Positions 10,435-20,599 of a DNA stretch of 64,000 nt are shown piece by piece. Location of the stretch: assembly GCA_963745835.1 (NCBI GenBank), contig CAVUZH010000018.1:288001-352000 (forward strand). The letters run 5' to 3'. A program made the position numbers and the translations under genes. Numbering within the stretch: position 1 is the first letter of the stretch; each line of letters opens with the position of its first letter. A model generated the notes under the pieces. The model saw only the letters and a list, made by a program, of their open reading frames with translations. It was not told where the DNA came from and ran no database searches. The stretch comes from an uncultured delta proteobacterium. GTDB lineage: Bacteria > Desulfobacterota > Binatia > UBA9968.

Positions 10435-10893
10435 ATGGGAGAAGCTAAGACTGTTCTTGAGTCGATCTCAAGAATTGAATATTACCAGATAATCCGTTCT
10501 CAAATTGAACATGAAGATAATCTGATCAATCAACGACTGAGCTGGTTCCTTGCTGCCCAGGCGTTTCTCTTTTCTGCATACGCGATACTCCTCAATGCCC
10601 CGTCGCAGGTACGTCTGCAAAGGTTCGCTACACAACAAGAAATTCTTTTTACTCTCATTCCGCTGGTCGCCATTGGTGCGAGCATTCTCATTTATGTAAC
10701 CGTCTTTGCGGCAATGTTGGCGATGGCTAACTTAAGACGCCTCCTGGAAGGCCATATGAACGAGGAGGAGAGCGCCTTATTGCCTCCAGTTCAGGGGTAC
10801 AGACAAACTTTACTCCTCGGGCAGGCCTCGCCAATCTTAATACCATTCCTTTTTATGATTAGCTGGATAGCGCTTTTGATTAAAAGCTCATAA
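10435..10893 (+). CDS. Hypothetical 3-TM membrane protein
   Basis: 152 aa ORF with GAGGA RBS, EHEDNLINQRLSWFLAAQAFLF segment and hydrophobic helices; visibly AT-richer than core genes. Confidence 0.75.
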   Translation: MGEAKTVLESISRIEYYQIIRSQIEHEDNLINQRLSWFLAAQAFLFSAYAILLNAPSQVRLQRFATQQEILFTLIPLVAIGASILIYVTVFAAMLAMANLRRLLEGHMNEEESALLPPVQGYRQTLLLGQASPILIPFLFMISWIALLIKSS

Positions 10894-11035
10894 CGATCTT
10901 GGATATGCGCAGGTCACTCGCATGAGACGTGGCTGAGGAGTCGAAATGAGAGAGCGATGGTACTATTCCACCGAGGGACGCCCGTATGGTGCAATTTGGA
11001 GGGAGGAGTGGATTTAACAAATAGTGAGAACTGGA

Positions 11036-11365
11036 CTACCTCATAAGTGCAAGATTATTGCTTGAGAAATCCGCAGCAGACGTGTGCTCGGGCCCCGTGC
11101 TGATGGAGGTTACTATCTGGTCGGCTTGAATTGCGTGAACACGATTATCTTCAAGGGTATCCGTTGGAGCTGCAGCGATGTTCTCGCCCAGAAGATTCAG
11201 AAACTCGCCGATCTCGGTCTCAAACACGAGCTTCTCTCCGAATGGTATGATATCGATACAGGAAAAGATCTAGAGCGCTTGCAGTCATAGGCAAAGTGTC
11301 GTGAAGTTGCGATGAAAAACACCTTCGCTCTATTGAACGAGCTTAGGCAGCGAGGCAGACTGTAA
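11036..11365 (+). pseudogene. Truncated second TIGR04282/DUF2064 paralog (C-terminal third, internal TAG)
   Basis: VLGPRADGGYYLVG...IRWS..DVL...EWYDIDT.KDL, then past TAG (11288) AMKNTFALLNEL, paralleling 4464..5168; 5' boundary approximate. Confidence 0.8.
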
Positions 11366-11479
11366 TCAGAGGCTGCAGTGGATGTAATAGCTCTGCTTCT
11401 GGCAGTCCCACCCTCCGTTTCCAGCTTATGATTTCCGTCGGCGCGGTTGTGTCTGTGACGGCGGCGAGGAGAGTTAGCA

Positions 11480-13528
11480 ATGCAAAACAAAACCGACGCG
11501 CTGTGCGTCAACACGATCCGCATGCTGTCGGTGGATGCCGTCGAAAAGGCGAAGTCAGGCCATCCGGGCGCGCCAATGGGCCTTGCGCCGGTCGCTTACG
11601 TTCTATGGTCCCGCTTCCTCAGACACAATCCGAAAAATCCCTCGTGGCCGGATCGTGACCGTTTCGTCTTGTCAGCCGGGCACGGCTCCATGCTGCTCTA
11701 TAGCATGCTTCATCTTACCGGTTACAATCTGCCGCTCGATCAAATCAAGCAGTTTCGCCAATGGGGCAGCCTCACGCCGGGACATCCTGAACGCGAACTG
11801 ACTCCCGGAGTGGAAGTCACCACCGGACCGCTCGGACAAGGGTTCGGTAACGGTGTCGGAATGGCGATCGCGGAGGCGTATCTCGCGGCGCGCTACAATC
11901 GGCCCGGACTCGAGATCATCAACCATTTTACTTATGGCATCGTCAGCGACGGCGACTTGATGGAAGGCGTCGCCGCGGAGGCCGCCAGCATGGCGGGCCA
12001 TTTGAGGCTCGGAAAATTAATCTATCTTTATGACGACAACCGAATATCGCTTGCCGCATCCACCGATCTGACGTTTACCGAAGACGTCGGCAAAAGGTTT
12101 GAAGCGTACGGCTGGCACACGCAATCGATAGAAGACGGCAACGATCTGGACGCTGTCGAGCGGGCTCTGAACGGAGCTCGCAACGAGAGCAGCCGGCCGT
12201 CGCTGATCTTGGTGCGCACGCATATCGGCTTCGGTTCGCCGGGCAAGCAAGATTCCTTCGAGGCGCACGGCTCGCCTCTGGGCTCAGAGGAAACAAAACT
12301 GACCAAGCAAAAGCTCGGTTGGCCGCCTGAGCCCTTTCATCTTCCGGAAGAGGCATTGGCCCGTTTTCGCGAGGCGGTTACCCGGGGCCCAAAATCTGAA
12401 GCCGATTGGAACGAGCGATTCGCCGCTTATAAAAAAGCATTTCCCGAGCTAGGCAGAGAGCTGGAGCAAGCGCTGCGCGGCGAACTGCCGGCAGGCTGGG
12501 ACGCGGCGATTCCGGAGTTTCCTGCGGACCCGAAAGGACTGGCGACGCGCGCCGCCTCCGGGAAAATTCTCAATGCGATCGCGCCCAAGCTGCCGACGTT
12601 GATCGGCGGTTCTGCCGATTTGAATCCGTCGACTTTCACTGCGCTTGCTAATTTGGGCGACTTCGAAAATCCCCAAGGAGATTTCTCGAAAAGCCAGGGC
12701 CTGACCGGCGGAAGCTGCAGTTACGCCGGCCGCAACCTGCATTTCGGCGTGCGCGAGCACGGCATGGGCGCGGCCGTGAACGGCATGGCGGCGCATGGCG
12801 GCATCATTCCGTTTGGTTCGACGTTCCTGATTTTCTCAGACTATCTGCGCCCGTCAATGAGGCTTGCCGCTTTGATGGAGCTTGGTGTTATTTACGTATT
12901 CACGCACGATAGCATCGGCGTCGGCGAGGATGGCCCGACGCATCAACCGATTGAGCAACTCGCCGCTTTGCGCGCAATACCGCGGTTGGTGTTAATTCGT
13001 CCGGGCGACGCCAACGAAACCGCCATAGCTTGGAGCGTTGCTATCGAGACCCGCAACCGGCCGGTCGCGTTGGCACTGTCGCGGCAGAACGTGCCGACCC
13101 TCGATCGAACAAAGTATACTGCGGCAGCCGGCGTTCGCCGGGGCGCCTACGTCTTGGCCGATCCGCCCGAGGGCAGACCGGATATGGTATTAATCGGTAC
13201 TGGATCGGAACTGTCGCTGGTGGTAGCCGCTCGGGAAAAACTGCTGGAACAGAAAATCAATGCCCGCGTTGTTTCGATGCCCAGCTGGGAGATCTTTGAT
13301 GACCAGCCACAGGATTATCGTGAGTTCGTCCTGCCGCCCAATATCCGCGCGCGGCTCGCTGTCGAAGCCGCGTTGCCGTTAGGTTGGCATCGTTACGTGG
13401 GCGACGGCGGCGACGTACTCGCTATCGAGCGCTTTGGCGCGTCGGCTCCGGGCAATATCGTCATGGAGAAATTTGGTTTCACTGTCGATCATGTCGTCGA
13501 GCGCGCCCGCGCACTGATAGGGAAATAA
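11480..13528 (+). CDS. tkt: Transketolase
   Basis: [56 protein letters not shown]. Confidence 0.98.
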   Translation: MQNKTDALCVNTIRMLSVDAVEKAKSGHPGAPMGLAPVAYVLWSRFLRHNPKNPSWPDRDRFVLSAGHGSMLLYSMLHLTGYNLPLDQIKQFRQWGSLTPGHPERELTPGVEVTTGPLGQGFGNGVGMAIAEAYLAARYNRPGLEIINHFTYGIVSDGDLMEGVAAEAASMAGHLRLGKLIYLYDDNRISLAASTDLTFTEDVGKRFEAYGWHTQSIEDGNDLDAVERALNGARNESSRPSLILVRTHIGFGSPGKQDSFEAHGSPLGSEETKLTKQKLGWPPEPFHLPEEALARFREAVTRGPKSEADWNERFAAYKKAFPELGRELEQALRGELPAGWDAAIPEFPADPKGLATRAASGKILNAIAPKLPTLIGGSADLNPSTFTALANLGDFENPQGDFSKSQGLTGGSCSYAGRNLHFGVREHGMGAAVNGMAAHGGIIPFGSTFLIFSDYLRPSMRLAALMELGVIYVFTHDSIGVGEDGPTHQPIEQLAALRAIPRLVLIRPGDANETAIAWSVAIETRNRPVALALSRQNVPTLDRTKYTAAAGVRRGAYVLADPPEGRPDMVLIGTGSELSLVVAAREKLLEQKINARVVSMPSWEIFDDQPQDYREFVLPPNIRARLAVEAALPLGWHRYVGDGGDVLAIERFGASAPGNIVMEKFGFTVDHVVERARALIGK

Positions 13529-13529
13529 C

Positions 13530-13985
13530 ATGCGCGTGGCGATCGGCGCCGATCATGCCGGCTTTCAATTAAAGCAGCTTGTCAGCGAGCACTTGCGATC
13601 GGCAGGGCACGCCATCATCGACGTCGGCACAGCCAGTGACGCGCCGGTCGATTATCCAGACTATGCCGAAGCATTGGCGAAAATCGTTCTCGACGGCAGA
13701 GCCGAGCGCGGCGTGCTCATTTGCGGCAGCGGTGTCGGCGCTTCGGTTGCCGCCAACAAAATCCCCGGCATTCGCGCCGGCCTTTGTCACGACAGCTATT
13801 CCGCGCGCCAGGGCGTCGAGCATGATGAGATAAACGTTCTGGTTCTCGGAGCTCGCGTCATCGGCAGCGCGCTGGCAAAAGAGCTGGTGGATCGGTTTCT
13901 GGCGGCGCAATTTAGTCGCGAAGAACGCCATCGGCGCCGGGTCGAAAAGATCAAAGCGCTGGAGCAGCGCTACCAAAAATCCTAA
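13530..13985 (+). CDS. rpiB: Ribose-5-phosphate isomerase B
   Basis: [33 protein letters not shown]. Confidence 0.97.
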   Translation: MRVAIGADHAGFQLKQLVSEHLRSAGHAIIDVGTASDAPVDYPDYAEALAKIVLDGRAERGVLICGSGVGASVAANKIPGIRAGLCHDSYSARQGVEHDEINVLVLGARVIGSALAKELVDRFLAAQFSREERHRRRVEKIKALEQRYQKS

Positions 13986-13996
13986 GGAGAGAGTCG

Positions 13997-16756
13997 ATGA
14001 ATCCTTTAAGAGAGCTTTTGAATCAGAGCCAATCGGTATGGCTCGATTTCATTAGCCGTCAGTTGATCCGCAGCGGCGAGTTGAAACGTCTTGTGGAAGA
14101 GGACGGTTTGCGCGGTGTCACCAGTAATCCGACAATCTTCGAGAAAGCGATCGGCGGCAGCGCCGATTACGATGACAGCTTGAAGGAAATGCTGGCGCAG
14201 GATCGCAAGACTCCGGTTGGGCAGTTGTACGAACGAATCGCCATCGAAGACATACAGGCGGCGGCCGACGTCCTTCGTCCGGTTTACGACCAGACCAGCG
14301 GCGCCGACGGATACGTCAGTCTCGAAGTTTCGCCCCATCTAGCGCGCGACACGCAAGCGACGATTGCCGAGGCCAAGCGGCTCAACAGTTCGGTCGGTCG
14401 GCCCAACGTGATGATTAAAGTTCCGGCGACACGAGAGGGAATTCCGGCTATCGAGGAGCTCATTGCCGGCGGGATCAATGTAAATATCACATTGATGTTT
14501 TCGCTGGCGCATTACGAGGCGGTGGCGCACGCCTACATCAAAGGCCTGGAGCGTTGCGCCGATCCGGCTAAAGTGGCTTCGGTCGCGTCTTTCTTCGTCA
14601 GCCGGGTCGATACCATGGTCGACCGCGAGCTCGAGAAGCTCGGCACACCAGAGGCAAAGTCTTGCCTCGGTAAAATCGCCATCGCCAATTCCAAAGTCGT
14701 CTATCAACGCTTCCGCGAGATTTTTCATGGCGAGGGCTTTGTCGCGCTGCGGCAACGCGGCGCGCGAGTCCAACGGCCGTTATGGGCGAGCACCGGCACT
14801 AAAAATCCCAACTACTCGGACGTGCTCTATGTCGAGAATCTGATCGGCCCCGAGACCGTAAACACATTGCCCGTAGAGACGTTGAACGCCTTCAAAGATC
14901 ACGGCCGGGCTTCGGATGCCACGGTGCGCCAGGGACTCGATGAAGCGGCTAACGCGCTGGCGCAGTTAAAAAAGCTAGGCATCGATCTCAATGCGATTGC
15001 CGAAAAGCTCCAGGTCGACGGCGTTGCCGCGTTCGCGACTTCGTTCGATTCTTTGATGTCCACCTTGGAGAAAAAGCGCGCCTCCCTGGCCGGTATCGAA
15101 TTGAATCGTCAGGATCTGCATCTGGGCAAACTGCAGAGCCGCGTCGATCGGCGGCTCAAGAGTTGGCAGGCGCAACAATTCGGCAGCAGGCTATGGAAAA
15201 AGGATCCGACGATTTGGTCCGCCGACCCGGTTGCGGAGCTGACCGACCGTTTGGGCTGGCTCGAGATGCCCGAGTCGATGCAGCAGCAAGTTGAGGCATT
15301 GCGTCAATTCGCCGAAAGAGCCAAGGCTGATGGCATAGGTCACGTTGTGGTCCTCGGAATGGGCGGCTCGAGCCTGGCACCCGAAGTCTTCCAGCGCAGC
15401 TTCGGCAATCAACCCAATTATCCGGCCTTGATGGTCCTGGACAGTACCCATCCGGCGGCGGTTAAAGCGCTCGAAGCCAAGATCGATTTAGACCGCACTC
15501 TGTTTTTAGTCTCGAGCAAGTCCGGCACGACAACCGAAACGAATTCTTTTTTCTACTATTTCTGGGAGAAATTAAAGCAGCTGAAGCCGGAACCGGGCGA
15601 GCATTTCGCGGCCATCACCGATCCCGGCACGCCGCTTGAAAAAATGGCCGGCGAGCGCAAGTTCCGCGCGGTTTTTACCGCACCCGAAGACATCGGCGGC
15701 CGCTACTCGGCATTGACGGTTTTCGGACTCGTGCCGGCGGCGCTGATCGGCCTGGATGTGGGCGATATTTTAAAGCGCGCGCGCCATATGAGCCAAGCGT
15801 GCGCCGGCACCGTGCCGGAGCCGGAGAATCCCGGCCTGGTGCTCGGCGCCGCACTGGCGGAGTTGACTTTAGCTAAACGCGACAAGATAACTTTTCTCTG
15901 CTCGCCTTCTCTGACCGCATTCCCCACATGGATCGAGCAACTGATTGCCGAGAGCACTGGCAAAGATCGTAAAGGGATCGTGCCGGTTGCCGGGGAGAAA
16001 CTCGGCGCGCCCGAGAAGTATGGCTCCGACCGCGCATTTGTGTATCTAAGATATGAGTCTGATGAAAACCATGAGCTCGATCGCCAAGTGGCGGGATTGC
16101 AAGCCAACGGTCATCCGGTTTTGCGAATCGAGATCATTGAAAAGACTGATCTCGCCCAGGAATTTTTCCGCTGGGAGCTTGCTATCGCCGCCGCCGGATC
16201 AGCGCTTGGGATTCATCCGTTTAACCAACCGGACGTTCAGTTGGCCAAGGATCTTGCAACAAAGGCGATGAGTGAAGCTCGCGGCGGAAGCAGAAGAGGA
16301 GCCAGGCTGAAAGAGGAAATTTCCGCGTCGGATGATGCGGCAATGCAGCAGGCGGTTTCGTCGTGGGCGAGCAAGGCCAAAGCGCGCGATTATGTGTCCG
16401 TTCAGGCCTATATCAGTCCGACACCGGAACATGATGTCGCGCTGCAGAGCATCAGTGAATCGCTGCGCAACCGGCTCGGCACGGCGGTTACGGTGGGTTA
16501 TGGTCCGCGTTTCCTTCACTCGACCGGGCAGCTGCACAAAGGCGGCCCGAACACTGTGCTGGTTCTGCAAATTGTCGATCAGCCTACCGATGATGTGCCT
16601 GTGCCTGAAACCGATTATACATTCGGCGCGCTGATCGAGGCCCAGGCTCTAGGCGATTTTACCGCTTTGAAACAACGGCGCCGTCGCGCTCTTCGAATCA
16701 ACTTGGGCAGTGACACGAAATCCGGATTGCAACGTTTAGGCGAAGCGCTGCGGTGA
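13997..16756 (+). CDS. tal-pgi: Bifunctional transaldolase / glucose-6-phosphate isomerase
   Basis: N-half: GVTSNPTIF, VSLEVSP, MIKVPAT, SFFVSRVD, RPLWASTGTK. C-half: GMGGSSLAPE, SKSGTT.E, GGRYSAL, EQLIAESTGK, GPRFLHSTGQLHKGG. Confidence 0.95.
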   Translation: MNPLRELLNQSQSVWLDFISRQLIRSGELKRLVEEDGLRGVTSNPTIFEKAIGGSADYDDSLKEMLAQDRKTPVGQLYERIAIEDIQAAADVLRPVYDQTSGADGYVSLEVSPHLARDTQATIAEAKRLNSSVGRPNVMIKVPATREGIPAIEELIAGGINVNITLMFSLAHYEAVAHAYIKGLERCADPAKVASVASFFVSRVDTMVDRELEKLGTPEAKSCLGKIAIANSKVVYQRFREIFHGEGFVALRQRGARVQRPLWASTGTKNPNYSDVLYVENLIGPETVNTLPVETLNAFKDHGRASDATVRQGLDEAANALAQLKKLGIDLNAIAEKLQVDGVAAFATSFDSLMSTLEKKRASLAGIELNRQDLHLGKLQSRVDRRLKSWQAQQFGSRLWKKDPTIWSADPVAELTDRLGWLEMPESMQQQVEALRQFAERAKADGIGHVVVLGMGGSSLAPEVFQRSFGNQPNYPALMVLDSTHPAAVKALEAKIDLDRTLFLVSSKSGTTTETNSFFYYFWEKLKQLKPEPGEHFAAITDPGTPLEKMAGERKFRAVFTAPEDIGGRYSALTVFGLVPAALIGLDVGDILKRARHMSQACAGTVPEPENPGLVLGAALAELTLAKRDKITFLCSPSLTAFPTWIEQLIAESTGKDRKGIVPVAGEKLGAPEKYGSDRAFVYLRYESDENHELDRQVAGLQANGHPVLRIEIIEKTDLAQEFFRWELAIAAAGSALGIHPFNQPDVQLAKDLATKAMSEARGGSRRGARLKEEISASDDAAMQQAVSSWASKAKARDYVSVQAYISPTPEHDVALQSISESLRNRLGTAVTVGYGPRFLHSTGQLHKGGPNTVLVLQIVDQPTDDVPVPETDYTFGALIEAQALGDFTALKQRRRRALRINLGSDTKSGLQRLGEALR

Positions 16757-16944
16757 TAGGCAGCGACCTGTCACCGCACGTGTTCGTGGTCGTATGTAAC
16801 GTGACCGTAAAATCCGAGAGATTCAGATCCACGAATGTCAATGAGAACGCGCGTGCAGGACTTTATGGTGACTGATCTGGAAGTCGAAAATCATATTTCA
16901 TCTTTCCGCTTTCATGCTTCATCATTTTTAACGGGAGAGTGGCA

Positions 16945-17841
16945 ATGGAATTAGGCATGATCGGGCTGGGGCGGATGGGCGCCAACATGACCGAGCGCCT
17001 GTTACGAGGCGGCCACAAGCTGATTACATACGACCGTAGCCCTGAGGCGATCCAGCGATGCGTCGACAAAGGCGCGTTCGGCGCGCATTCGCTGGCCGAC
17101 TTAGTCAAGCAAGTGAGTTTGCCGCGCGTCATCTGGCTGATGGTGCCATCCGGCGAGCCGGTTGATCTCACCATCGAGCAGCTGCTTCCCAGTCTGCTCG
17201 AGAACGACATCATCATCGATGGCGGCAACTCACATTACAAAGATTCCATCCGGCGCGCCGAAAAACTAAAACAACTGGGCATTCACTTCGTCGACGCCGG
17301 CACCAGCGGCGGCATCTGGGGTTTGCAAGAAGGTTACTGTCTGATGATCGGTGGCGAAAAAGCGATCGTCGACCAGCTCGAGCCGATTTTCAAGACATTG
17401 GCGCCGGAGAATGGCTTCGCTCACGTCGGCGCCAGCGGCGCAGGACATTTCGTTAAAATGGTTCACAACGGCATCGAGTACGGCATGCTGCAAGCGTATG
17501 GCGAAGGCTTCGAGATGTTGAAAGCCTCCCAGTTCGAGTTCGATCTGGGAAAAATTGCGCATCTATGGAATGAAGGCAGTGTGGTGCGTTCATGGTTATT
17601 GGAGTTGGCAGAAAATGCATTTCAAAAAGATCCCCAGCTCTCGTCCATCAAAGGCTACGTCGAAGATTCCGGCGAGGGCCGCTGGGCAGTGCTCGAAGCG
17701 GTAGAGCGGGAGATTCCAGCTTCAATTCTGACGCTCTCTCTCTTTGCCCGGTACGCCTCGCGCCAGGAGGATTCTTTTTCCGCTAAGGTGATCGCCGCTC
17801 TACGAAACGAGTTTGGCGGCCATGCCGTAAAAAAGGAGTAA
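16945..17841 (+). CDS. gnd: 6-phosphogluconate dehydrogenase (decarboxylating, short type)
   Basis: MELGMIGLGRMG, IDGGNS, DAGTSGG, GHFVKMVHNGIEY, ALRNEFGGH. Confidence 0.95.
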   Translation: MELGMIGLGRMGANMTERLLRGGHKLITYDRSPEAIQRCVDKGAFGAHSLADLVKQVSLPRVIWLMVPSGEPVDLTIEQLLPSLLENDIIIDGGNSHYKDSIRRAEKLKQLGIHFVDAGTSGGIWGLQEGYCLMIGGEKAIVDQLEPIFKTLAPENGFAHVGASGAGHFVKMVHNGIEYGMLQAYGEGFEMLKASQFEFDLGKIAHLWNEGSVVRSWLLELAENAFQKDPQLSSIKGYVEDSGEGRWAVLEAVEREIPASILTLSLFARYASRQEDSFSAKVIAALRNEFGGHAVKKE

Positions 17842-17847
17842 CTTTCC

Positions 17848-19416
17848 ATGGCAAGCGATCCGCAGGACTATGTTCCGAGCGGTTTCAGTCAAACGAAAAA
17901 ACCCCATTCGTGCGTGCTGGTTATTTTCGGCGCTTCCGGCGATTTGACCAAGCGGAAGCTGATACCTGCCTTGTACAATCTCGCGTTGGAAAGGCGCTTG
18001 CCGGAACGCTTCTCGGTGGTCGGTTTCGCGCGCAGCGACATGAGCGACGGCGACTTCCGCAACAAAATGCGCGAAGCGGTGAGCGAGTTTTCGCGCACCG
18101 GACTGAAGGATGAACAGGTGTGGCAACAGTTTGCCTCAACGCTCTATTACGTTCGCGGTGATTATAACGAGTCCGGCGCATACCAGCGTCTCAAGAGCAT
18201 GATTGACGGCTTCGATCGCGGCAGCCGTGTCCTGCCGGTGCGGGTTTTTTATTTAGCCATGCCGCCTGATTTGTACGCTCCGGTAATCGAGCGCATGGCC
18301 GCGGTTGGGTTAGCTCCGAAGGAAAGCGAGGGCACCGCGCGGACTCGGGTGGTTATCGAAAAGCCGTTCGGCAGCGACCTCGAATCGGCGCGCGAGCTCA
18401 ACCGGCGCGTGCATGAGGCGCTGGATGAAAAACAGGTCTATCGAATCGATCATTATCTCGGCAAAGAAACCGTGCAGAACATCATGGTACTCCGCTTTGC
18501 CAATGCGGTGTTCGAGCCGATCTGGAATCGGCGCTACGTCGATCATGTGCAAATTACCGCCGCCGAAACGGTCGGCGTGGAAACCCGCGGAGGGTACTAC
18601 GACAAAGCCGGCGTTGTCCGCGACATGTTTCAAAATCATCTGTTGCAGCTTGCTTGTCTTACCGCTATGGAGCCGCCGGTAGGCTTTTCCGCCGACGCGG
18701 TACGAGATGAAAAGAGTAAGCTGCTTCGTGCCGTGCGCCCGATAACCGACGATCAAGTGGCGGTCCATGCGGTGCGCGGTCAGTACGGTCCGGGCCGAAT
18801 CAATGGTAAACCCGTGCCGGGTTATCGCGAAGAATCCGACGTCGCCAGAGATTCGTCGACGCCTACGTATGCGGCCATGAAACTCTTGATCGACAACTGG
18901 CGCTGGGAAGGAGTGCCCTTTTACTTGAGATCGGGTAAACGGCTGTTCAGGCGCGTGACCGAAATTGCCATCCAATTTAAGCGGCCTCCCTTGTTACTGT
19001 TCAAGTCCTGCGCTGTTGAGGACGTGACTCCCAATGTATTGGTGATCCGGATTCAGCCCGACGAAGGCGTGGCGCTTACGTTCGAAGTCAAACCGCCGGG
19101 ACCGGAAATCTGTGTGAGTCCGCTCAAACTCGATTTCAAGTACGAAGAGGCATTCGGCAACACTTCGCCAGAGGCATACGAGACCTTGCTCGAGGATTGT
19201 ATCGAAGGCGACTCCACCCTCTATACGCGGCACGACTGGGTGGAGTTGGCGTGGTTGCTCATGGATCCCGTGATAAAAACCTGGGACAGAATACAGCCGA
19301 ACGATTTTCCCAATTACGAGGCTGGTAGCTGGGGACCGAAGGACGCCGATGAATTCATGCAGCGCGACGGGCGACGCTGGCGGCGGCCGTTAAACAATAC
19401 CAATCAGCTTGCCTGA
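17848..19416 (+). CDS. zwf: Glucose-6-phosphate 1-dehydrogenase
   Basis: IFGASGDLT.RKL.P, EKPFG, YRIDHYLGKETVQN, RDMFQNH, RWEGVPFYLRSGK. Confidence 0.98.
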   Translation: MASDPQDYVPSGFSQTKKPHSCVLVIFGASGDLTKRKLIPALYNLALERRLPERFSVVGFARSDMSDGDFRNKMREAVSEFSRTGLKDEQVWQQFASTLYYVRGDYNESGAYQRLKSMIDGFDRGSRVLPVRVFYLAMPPDLYAPVIERMAAVGLAPKESEGTARTRVVIEKPFGSDLESARELNRRVHEALDEKQVYRIDHYLGKETVQNIMVLRFANAVFEPIWNRRYVDHVQITAAETVGVETRGGYYDKAGVVRDMFQNHLLQLACLTAMEPPVGFSADAVRDEKSKLLRAVRPITDDQVAVHAVRGQYGPGRINGKPVPGYREESDVARDSSTPTYAAMKLLIDNWRWEGVPFYLRSGKRLFRRVTEIAIQFKRPPLLLFKSCAVEDVTPNVLVIRIQPDEGVALTFEVKPPGPEICVSPLKLDFKYEEAFGNTSPEAYETLLEDCIEGDSTLYTRHDWVELAWLLMDPVIKTWDRIQPNDFPNYEAGSWGPKDADEFMQRDGRRWRRPLNNTNQLA

Positions 19417-19445
19417 TTCTTCAACATGCCTCTAAATATGACTCA

Positions 19446-19599
19446 TAGCAGTTTACTCGAAAACTCTGTTTGCAGGCTGCTCAAAAAAGATCTCAGCGGC
19501 GAGGCGGAAGAATGGGCGAGCAGAAGCGTCTTGCTCAGTACGTTGGTGCGAGGCGAACGAGGGCAACGAAGCATATGAGTCTTTTTCAGCAGTCTGATA
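19446..19599. mobile_element. MITE-like dispersed repeat, copy 1 (degenerate)
   Basis: Shares TTGCAGGCTGCTCAAAAA(A)GATC...GCGAGGCG...GGCAACGAAGCATATGRGTCTTTT(T)CAGCAG with 53743..53899; internal inverted repeats. Confidence 0.75.
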
Positions 19600-20591
19600 C
19601 AGAATTGATTCTTGCCGGTGACATAGGAGGCACCAAAACTCACCTTGCTCTCTACTCCCATCAGAACAACAATCTTAAAGCCGAATTAGAGAAAACATTT
19701 CCAAGTCAGGAGTATTCCGGCCTCGAGCCACTCCTGCAAGAGTTTCTCGCCAGCGGTAAATATCCGATCGGCCGAGCGTCCTTCGGCATTGCCGGTCCGC
19801 TGGTCGACGGCAGAGTGAATCCGCCTAATCTGGACTGGATCGTAGATTCTTTATCGCTGGCGCAGACCTTGAAATTGCCTTCGGTTTCTCTGCTCAACGA
19901 TTTGGAAGCGGCCGCGTACGGCATTTTCACTCTAGCGCCGGAAGAGTTTCTCGTGCTCAACGAAGGGGTCATCAGACGGCCGGGCAATAAGGTTCTCATC
20001 GCCGCGGGTACCGGTTTGGGCGAAACGATAATTTTCGACGACGGCAAGAATTATTATCCCTTGGCTTCAGAGGGCGGGCACGCCGACTTTGCTGCCAGAA
20101 ATGAGCTGGAGATTGAACTGTTACAATACCTGATCGGTCGATTCGGCCGAGTAAGCTACGAACGGGTTGTCTCCGGTCCGGGCCTTGCGAACATCTACGA
20201 TTTCCTTAAAGAGAAGGCCGACGTTCCGGTGCCGGGTCCGTTCGCGGAAAAGATCGCCGCTGCGGAAGATCGCAGTCCTCTCATATCACGAGCGGCTCTG
20301 GCAGGAGAGCCGGAGATCGCTGTTAAGGCACTGGATGTGTTTGTTTCGTCTTACGGCGCAGAAGCCGGCAATCTCGCGCTCAAGGGCAAAGCCATCGGCG
20401 GCGTTTACGTCGGCGGCGGCATTGCACCCAAGATACTGAGTAAGTTGAAGAGCGGAACCTTCATGCAGGCCTTCAACGACAAGGGTCGTTATCGGGATCT
20501 GGTTTCCTCGATTCCGGTTTATGTCATCTTAAACGAAAAGGCCGCGCTGCGTGGCGCCGCATACCATGCCACTTTGGACCGCAGCAGCTGA
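19575..20591 (+). CDS. glk: Glucokinase (start is ATG 19575 or TTG 19605)
   Basis: ILAGDIGGTKT, FGIAGP, LLNDLEAAAYG, AAGTGLG, SEGGH, ERVVSGPG, GGVYVGGGIAPKI. Confidence 0.95.
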   Translation: MSLFQQSDTELILAGDIGGTKTHLALYSHQNNNLKAELEKTFPSQEYSGLEPLLQEFLASGKYPIGRASFGIAGPLVDGRVNPPNLDWIVDSLSLAQTLKLPSVSLLNDLEAAAYGIFTLAPEEFLVLNEGVIRRPGNKVLIAAGTGLGETIIFDDGKNYYPLASEGGHADFAARNELEIELLQYLIGRFGRVSYERVVSGPGLANIYDFLKEKADVPVPGPFAEKIAAAEDRSPLISRAALAGEPEIAVKALDVFVSSYGAEAGNLALKGKAIGGVYVGGGIAPKILSKLKSGTFMQAFNDKGRYRDLVSSIPVYVILNEKAALRGAAYHATLDRSS

Positions 20592-20599
20592 GGCATAGC

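Noticed and set aside
4860-11365. Genomic island bounded by a duplicated 3' end of the TIGR04282 gene (attL/attR)
   Set aside because: The two copies are similar only at protein level and clearly diverged in DNA; no integrase is present.
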